Positions 1-64,000 of a stretch of 64,000 nt of DNA are shown piece after piece. The stretch comes from Malacoraja senta (taxonomy: Eukaryota), in assembly GCA_038087875.1 (NCBI GenBank), contig CM075991.1:12588001-12652000 (forward strand), in the 5' to 3' direction. The notes beneath the pieces were generated by a model that made no database searches, had not been told where the DNA came from, and saw nothing but the letters and a program-made list of their open reading frames with translations. Within the stretch, counting starts at the first letter, position 1; every line of letters begins with the position of its first letter. The translations under genes and the position numbers were made by a program.

Positions 1-1080
1 CCTCAGGGCCCAAGATTTAGGAAAGGAGTGTGGAGGGAAAAAAAGCAGGCAGTCCAGGACAGGGGGCAAAGTACTTTTTAAAAGTCAGTGATAAAACACA
101 TACCTGGTTCCAGTTGCTTCTGGATGTTGGGGCCAAAGTGTGATATGACAGGTGGACTGTGGAGCATTTCATCCCAGTCTCTTCTGCTGAGCCAAGAGAC
201 TTAGATGTTCATGTAGCAGGTTAAAATAATTAAATCCATCTTGTCTGACGAATTGGCACAGGAATGGGTTACAGAGGGCCAAATAGCCTACAGACCAGGA
301 CGTCTTTGGGATGTGGGAGGAAGCCCACGCGATCACAGGGAGAAAGTGCAAACTCCACACAGACAGCACCCAAGGTCTGAATCAAACCCGAGTCTCTGGC
401 TCTGTGAAGCAGCAGCTCTACCAGCTGCGCCACTGTGCCACCCTGGTAACGTTCATTGTAAACATGAGCATGAGCTGGTGTCTGACCGTCAGATGCTGCT
501 GCTCTTCGGGGATTGGGTAGGTTACTGACACGATGTTGTAAGAAGCAGTCACCTCGAATTTGATCAGTTGTCAGGGATAGGAGGGTATGAGTGAGTAGAG
601 GGATCTAAAGTGTAGCACTCAAAGCACCTCCCTCCCTCGATTTTCTCAACTCCAAAAAGGGTAATATAAAGTGGTATAAAATTGTTGCTTGAAGTGCACT
701 GAGTAAACTGATTAGAAACATAGAAAATAGGTGCAGGTGCAGGCCATTCGGCCCTTCGAGCCAGTGAGTGAACTTTATTTAAATAACTCATTCATAACTG
801 TGAGAGAATTTCGCTAAACTTTGACAGTTCTGCTTGTTGACATGTGTTGCGAAACTTGAGATTCCGCATTGTTCTCAGGAAAGCCTGGGCCAAATGATTG
901 GAGCATTGTGTACGGATATCTGTTTCTTTGTGCGTGATGTTATTATCTGTTACCTGCAAATCCAGCAGCGCCCATGTGCGGGTCTGAGTAATGTAAATTA
1001 TGTGGTTTCGATAAAATCGCAACGCCCTGACTAAACTATCTAAGGAACTAAGATATGTGCTGGTCTGCACATATACTTGT

Positions 1081-1418
1081 TTAAGAAGGAACTGCAGATG
1101 CTGGAAAATCGAAGGTAGACAAAAGTGCTGGAGAAACTCAGCGGGTGCAGCAGCATCTATGGAGCGAAGGAAATGGGCAACGTTTCGGGCCGAAACCCTT
1201 CCGGGTTTCGGCCCGAAACGTTGCCTATTTCCTCCAGTCTGAAAAAGGGTTAAGGCCCGAAAAGTTGCCTATTTCCTCCAGTCTGAAGAAGGGTTTCGGC
1301 CCGAAAAGTTGCCTATTTCCTCCAGTCCGAAGAAGGGTTTCGGCCCGAAACGTTGCCTATTTCCTTCGCTCCATAGATGCTGCTGCACCCGCTGAGTTTC
1401 TCCAGCACTTTTGTCTAC
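1081..1418. mobile_element. Penelope-like element 3'-end insertion: inverted arms with 3 tandem 44-bp hammerhead-motif units
   Basis: 16-bp TSD ctgcacatatacttgt at 1065-1080 and 1419-1434; arms are reverse complements. Confidence 0.8.
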
Positions 1419-2360
1419 CTGCACATATACTTGTGTGTTTGGCAGTATATACACCTGTGTGCTGTCTGTACTCTGGACGAGCTGTCTCCCAGGGCAGTTC
1501 CTCCGTGATATCATCTAATAAAGTCTCGTTCTCCAGAAGTCCGAGTCCTCTATTGATTTCTCTGGCAATAACACTAGGCAGAAATGTATTTAGAAAAGTT
1601 AAAAAGAGGAATCCCAGGAGAAAGTTGAACATTAACCTATTACTACTGGGTGGAAAGATTCGTTTTCTGGCCACTTGGAGTCAATAATGACAAACACACA
1701 CTACATCGGGTTGTACCTTCATGGAGGAGACACTTACACCTTTGTTGCAGCCTGCTCACTAAGTCCTCCACCTGTAACCTGAAACTAGCTGAGAGAGGTG
1801 ACAATAAGTGGCTGTGTGCTCCATATCCACACATTTCATAGGCCAGCCAACCCTGGTCCAATGCATCAATGTACAGTTCTCAGTAGCAGCATGGATTCAT
1901 GGTCAAGTCTCCTGACCAAGACAACTTGGCAACAGCTCACATGTGTTCTGGCGAAGGTCAAGTAACTTTGCTCAATTTAAACTTCAGGGTGAGTTTAGCT
2001 TTGATTTTTCAACAAGCTTTAGGAAAAGAGGAAAGTGTAGCTTGAGTGTTGAGGGAGTGTCAGTGACGCAAGTGGGGTTGGTGCAAGCTCATGTGTCTAC
2101 TTGTTAACTTGCATGAATAGGCACCTCTTGGCTTAAAAAAAATCTATAAATAATATCTTCAAAACTCTCCCGCCACTATTCTCAACTGTGGACATATGCT
2201 TGCAATCTTTAGTCAAACTTTCCCTCAGTGTTTCCTCCCTTCCTTGGCCCAATCCCGCCCCTGTAAACCTTCACATGGAGAATCCTCTCCTCTATGCCTT
2301 TTTGGTGGTCTCTTATCTCCTCTTGCATGACTCAGCAGGTGCTATCTGCCATTTATTTAA

Positions 2361-2547
2361 TGTGTAGGATGGAACTGCAGATGCTGGTTTAAATCAAAGA
2401 TAGACACAAAATGCTGGAGCAACTCAGCGGGACAGGCAGCATCTCTGGAGAGAAGGAATGGGTCTCGACCCGAAACGTCACCCATTCCTTCTCTCCAGAG
2501 ATGCTGCCTGTCCCGCTGATTTGCACCAGCATTTTGTGTCTATCTTG
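2361..2547. mobile_element. Penelope-like 3'-end fold-back insertion
   Basis: Inverted arms ~2398-2464 / 2479-2546; TSD catttatttaa at 2350-2360 and 2548-2558. Confidence 0.75.
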
Positions 2548-3195
2548 CATTTATTTAACTTTTTTGGAGGCTTTACACATCTCATTTTTGGCACACACTG
2601 CATTCTATCTGTAATCGCCTTAACTGCAGCAATTGCTTTGCAAAATTCAAATGTCAAAGCTGCTTTATTGACTGAATCGCAGCAAAATACTTTTTACAAG
2701 TCTGCTGATTACAGTGTACTCTTGTAGACACGGGACTACAAATATCATAGAACACAAAGTGCTGGAGTGTCTCAGCGGGCGGGCACAATCTCTGGAGGAT
2801 ATGGATAGGTGATGTTTCGGGTTGAGTCCCTTCCTCAGACTGATCTTGATTGATCTGCTTAAAGTGGTGAGATAAATACTGCAGCATTGCACAGTTTGAA
2901 GGATAAATGAGTGACCTTTTACTTTGTTGGCTGTTGCTGATGTGGAAACCAGTTGGGGAATAGTGCCGTATGAGACTACCATCTTCAGTTTGTGTGATCA
3001 CAAGGGTTGAACTGGAGCATGTAATTATTGGGTCCAACCTCAACTTGTACCATGCAGTAACAGCGGTAATACTGCTTGTTTAGATTTTGCTGTTAATCTA
3101 GAGATTTTCCTCATTTAACTTTAAAAAAACAACAAATCAGAACGTCTTCCTCCTGAATGTTTGGAGCCACCATGTACTTGTTTTTGTTTCCATAG

Positions 3196-50691
<47,496 letters not shown>

Positions 50692-51284
50692 GACCTTTCC
50701 TTGGAATTTGCTCAACATCTGAAACTTCATCTTCCGTCCTTACTTCTAGGGACTAGGCTGTGCATGCTACTGGGATCTCTCTTGTAACTGTACAATTGGC
50801 AAGAGGCTTGTTCCTGCACCATTCATTTCAGATAGGGAGCAAAGAAAATACCTCGAATCAGGACATAAATTCTGAAGCAGGGAACAGCTGTGCATAAACC
50901 GGTCACTGGTGTGCTTTTGGCTGGCGTCACCCACTCCACTTTTTAAATGTATGATTTAGTTTATCTGAGCAGTAGCAGTAATGAGGTGTGGTTTGTAAAT
51001 TTTGTGAATAAGGAATTTTTCTATTTCTGATCTGGCGAAGGGCTAGGCTCCCGGCCACGGGCAGGATCACGTTCGTTTTTAGTGACTCTCCACTGCTCCA
51101 CACGTTGTACCCAAGACTTTCACCCAGTTATCATTGGGAGAAGACGGTGCACCCTCAGCCTGTGCCAAAATCAAGATGCTCATTTACCTATCTAGAGAGG
51201 CGGGGGGCCAGAGGGCAGGTTTTATCTCGATTACCACTTCTTAGAACTGCGTAGTACAAAAACTGATTTATTTATTTTGGTACA

Positions 51285-51321
51285 AATAAAGTTTTCGACT
51301 CGATATAGCTTCATCAATAAA
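51285..51321 (+). terminator. OGDH polyadenylation signals (two AATAAA)
   Basis: AATAAA at 51285-51290 and 51316-51321, followed by GT/T-rich tract (ctttgttgtttagttttt), ~600 nt after the stop. Confidence 0.7.
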
Positions 51322-52289
51322 CAACGTTCTCTTCACGCATCACTTTGTTGTTTAGTTTTTAGAACAACTTGCAACGTGTTCTTTTGTTAAAGCAACTTGC
51401 TCCATTTCCAAAAGCGTTTCTTGGGAAGGTGAGGGAAAGGCTCCAGAAACATGAGAGGATGAGTGGAGGTGTGGATGTTTATAGTATTGCTGTGGTTTGT
51501 GGGGAAGGAAGGGGGCTGTGAATTGGGAAAGAAGAATGGAGACAAGAGCAAGACTTTGTGGTGGCGCAGCAGTAGAGCTACTGCCTCACAGCGCTAGAGA
51601 CCCGGGTTCCATCCTGACTACGGGTGCTGTCTGTACGGAATTTGTACCTTCTCCCCGTGACCTACCTGGGTTTTCTCCAAGATCTTTTGTTTCCTCCCAC
51701 ACTCCAAAGATGTACAGGTTTGTAGGTTAATTGCCTAGGTATAAATGTAAACTTGTCCCTAGTGTGTGTACGGTAGTGTTAATGTACGGGGATCGCTGGT
51801 CGGTGTGCAACTGGTGAGCTGAAGGACCTGTTTCCACGCTGTATCTCTAAACTAAAACTAAACCTTTTACAAATGCTCAGTTTTGGCAATTGGTTCTTGG
51901 AGGGCAGAGACGAGAGATGGTGGGAAAGTTTGGGACCAATTGTGTGAGGAAGTGAATGGAAGTGAATGGAAGAGTGTTTTATAGCAGACCATTCAAGCAA
52001 GATTTCAAAAGTCTAACAAACTTGAAAACATCCACAGCTCTCTGGGCTGGAGAATTCTCCTCTGTTTAATGAAACACCTCATTGTCAGTGACCAAACTCA
52101 TGGCCTCACAGGTTCTCACCTTCAGCCTGCCAGCATCTTTGCTTCCTACTTGTAAAGGCATAAATGACACCTTCAATGGCTGCAGTTCAAGGTGAGAGTG
52201 AAAAGTTACTGAACAGGAAACTGGCAGTCTGTAGTTAGGGGTGGAGTGTAGGGAAGGGTGTGTGCTGTTTGAAGGTCACTTGGGTTTTG

Positions 52290-52740
52290 GCAGCATCTGT
52301 GGAGAACATGGATAGGTGATGTTTCACAGAGTGCTGGAGTAACTCAGCGGGTCAGGCAGCATCTGTGGAGAACATGGATAGGTGACGTTTCACAGAGTGC
52401 TGGAGTAACTCAGCGGGTCAGGCAGCATCTGTGGAGAACATGGATAGGTGACGTTTCACAGAGTGCTGGAGTAACTCAGCGGGTCAGGCAGCATCTGTGG
52501 AGAACATGGATAGGTGACGTTTCACAGAGTGCTGGAGTAACTCAGCGGGTCAGGCAGCATCTGTGGAGAACATGGATAGGTGACGTTTCACAGAGTGCTG
52601 GAGTAACTCAGCGGGTCAGGCAGCATCTGTGGAGAACATGGATAGGTGACGTTTCACAGAGTGCTGGAGTAACTCAGCGGGTCAGGCAGCATCTCTGGAG
52701 AACATGGATAGGTGATGTTTCGGGTCAAGATGCTTCAGAC
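52290..52740 (-). repeat. 66-bp tandem array (~6.7 copies) of the PLE 3' segment, intergenic
   Basis: Units start at 52291, 52357, 52423, 52489, 52555, 52621 and 52687. Confidence 0.9.
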
Positions 52741-53083
52741 TGATCGAGGAAGCTGCTGAGGGAAAGGGAGCTGGAAATGGGGCCATTTCTGAAGGGGGGG
52801 GGCTTCTGATTCCTGAGGCAGTGTGACCTGTTCTGGGGGAGGGGGCTGCTGGTCAGAAGGGTGGGTTTCACCTCATCCACCTTCGATTCCACATGGGCAA
52901 GAGCTGGACACCAGGTGACAGAAGTCGTGAAATGGACGATGGTGCAGAAAGGAGTCTTGGATAGCAGCAGGTAAATGGTCCAAGATCAAATAGCTCCAAG
53001 AAACTAGGACTACAAGGAGGCAGAAAGTATTTAAAGTAAACGGATCCATTTATGAGCTACAGGTATCAATAATCTTTGGTCCA

Positions 53084-53089
53084 TTTATT
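53084..53089 (-). terminator. candidate poly(A) signal of the PARG-like gene
   Basis: AATAAA on - strand ~295 nt after the stop. Confidence 0.5.
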
Positions 53090-53383
53090 GCTCCAGTGCT
53101 TGTGTAATTTTCAGCAACAACAAGTAATTAGTACAACTCTCAGAACTTGATGCCAAGTTGAACAATGTCAGGTAGACTCGTTGCCCACCTTTCCTCCAGC
53201 CCGCAGGTGGAGCTGGAAGTTCCTGTTTCACTTTGCCATCGTTCTGGTTTTGTTCCCACTGCTGGTTTTGTTTCTGTGATGACATTGATCCCTCCCTGCT
53301 TTCTCCACACACTCGCATCTTCTCACTTCTAGAGTGGCGAGAGGACTTCCGGTCGAGACTTGCTCTCTGCTCCACCTCTGACA

Positions 53384-62649
<9,266 letters not shown>

Positions 62650-63814
62650 CTGAAACAACAAAAGGAAGAGTGACAGAGACCCTCGCCACCCCCCCCCCCC
62701 ACCCACCCAACGGCAGCCCACGCCCCCTGGATCACCGGAGAGTCAGTCGGTCGGGCAGCTTCTGCGAGGAGACAATACCTCTACGTCTCCCAGTCGACCC
62801 GACTCTACCCCAGTCAAGGTACCTCCATTCCCAGCTGCTCTCACCCGTCTCCTCCTTGCCATCACAGGATCCACAATGTGGAGGCCGTTCGGCCCACCTG
62901 GACAGTGCCGGCAATGTTGATAATGTTTCAAGAGAGAGTAGGTTTTAGCTCTTAGGGCTAACAGAACCAGGGGTCACAGTTTGAGAATAAGGGTTCAGCC
63001 ATTTAGGACTGAGATGAGGAAAAACCTTTTCACCCAGAGAGTTGTGAATCTGTGGAATTCTCTGCCACAGAAGGCAGTGGAGGCTGGTTCACTGGATGTT
63101 TTCAAGAGAGTTAGATTTAGCTCTTAGGGCTAATGGAATCAAGGGATATGGGGAGAAGGCAGGAACGGGGTACTGATTGTAGATGATCAGCCATGATCAT
63201 ATTGAATGGCGGTGCTGGCTCCAAGGGCCGAATGGCCTCCTCCTGCACCTATTGTCTATGTTGCTCCTCCACTGATTTTACGTAGAGGATTTCCTGCTGT
63301 AACGTGTGTGTCTTCCATAATGTGACTGGATATAATGTGAGATTCATTATATAATGGGCGGCACGGTGGCACAGCGGGTAGAGCTGCTGCCTTGCAGCAC
63401 CAGAGTCCCAGGTTCAATCCTGACTACAGGTGCTGTCTGTACGGAGTTTGTACATTCTCTCCCCGTGACCTGCGTGGGTTTTCTCCGGGTGCTCCGGTTT
63501 CCTCCCACAATCCAAAGATGTACAGGTTTGTAGGTTAATTGGCTTGGTAAATGTAAATTGTAAATTGTCCCTAGTGTGTGTAGAGTGCGGGGATCGCAGG
63601 TCGGCACGGACTCAGTGGGCCGAAGGGCCTGTTTCCACGCTGTATTTCTAAACCAAATTAAAGATGAATGAAGGGAATTGGCTCTGATCTAATTCACATC
63701 AAGAACAAGGGAACTCTGGAAATTGACAAGCAGAGAAAAAAAACTTCCTTGGATTAAACAGTACAGAGAATAACGGAAGATGGTCCAGAACTAAATGTGT
63801 TTCAAAAGAAACTA

Positions 63815-64000
63815 ATAGACTATGGGTTAATAACTGGAAAAAAGCTAATTCTAAAATTTTGGAAGAAGGCTCCAATACCAACTATAAACATGTGGATTTC
63901 AAATATGTTCGAAACATTACACCTAGAAGAGATAAGACTCCTCCTGGCAGGTAAACCCGATCACCTCCACCTGACGTGGTCTGCATTTATAGAATTATTA
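63815..64000 (+). mobile_element. L1-clade ORF2 C-terminal fragment
   Basis: GKKLILKFWKKAPIPTINMWISNMFETLHLEEIR...TWSAFIELL. Confidence 0.65.

Noticed and set aside
52290..52740. CRISPR-like regular array
   Set aside because: Units are fully identical with no unique spacers, the context is eukaryotic, and the unit derives from a retroelement 3' end.
62732..62931. Possible further upstream PARG-like exon (QKLPDRLTLR)
   Set aside because: No convincing PARG similarity, and the candidate splice phases do not match the phase-0 start of the 62649 exon.

Overview
Vertebrate genomic DNA, most likely a cartilaginous fish (skate/ray); this is inferred from the HE1/V-SINE, CR1 and Penelope repeat complement. 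The + strand carries most of OGDH (2-oxoglutarate dehydrogenase E1), from the SWDVFFRN exon (3196) to the stop (50691) and poly(A) signals (~51285-51321). The 5' exons lie upstream of the window. The gene includes a mutually exclusive exon pair (6820-6919 / 7046-7148) and a 45-nt cassette exon (16143-16187). The - strand carries the 3' part (10 exons, 62649 to 53384) of a convergent, divergent PARG-family gene. It keeps the GGG-x6-QEE catalytic loop but has substitutions at several ADP-ribose-contacting positions and an apparent 1-nt frameshift. Introns are full of CR1, Rex/L2, L1 and tRNA-SINE fragments. The most striking non-coding system is a Penelope-like element (PLE) family, identified by GIY-YIG C-terminal remnants. 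Its 3' end carries a minimal hammerhead-ribozyme motif (CUGAAGA-A-stem II-GAAACGUC/U) and occurs as solo, fold-back, tandem and target-inverting insertions. Other oddities are a perfect 1.33-kb 9-mer array, a ~460-nt AG-free zone before an OGDH exon, and a TIR element with CpG-rich cargo. Exon coordinates were read by hand from GT/AG boundaries and phase checks; repeat boundaries are approximate.
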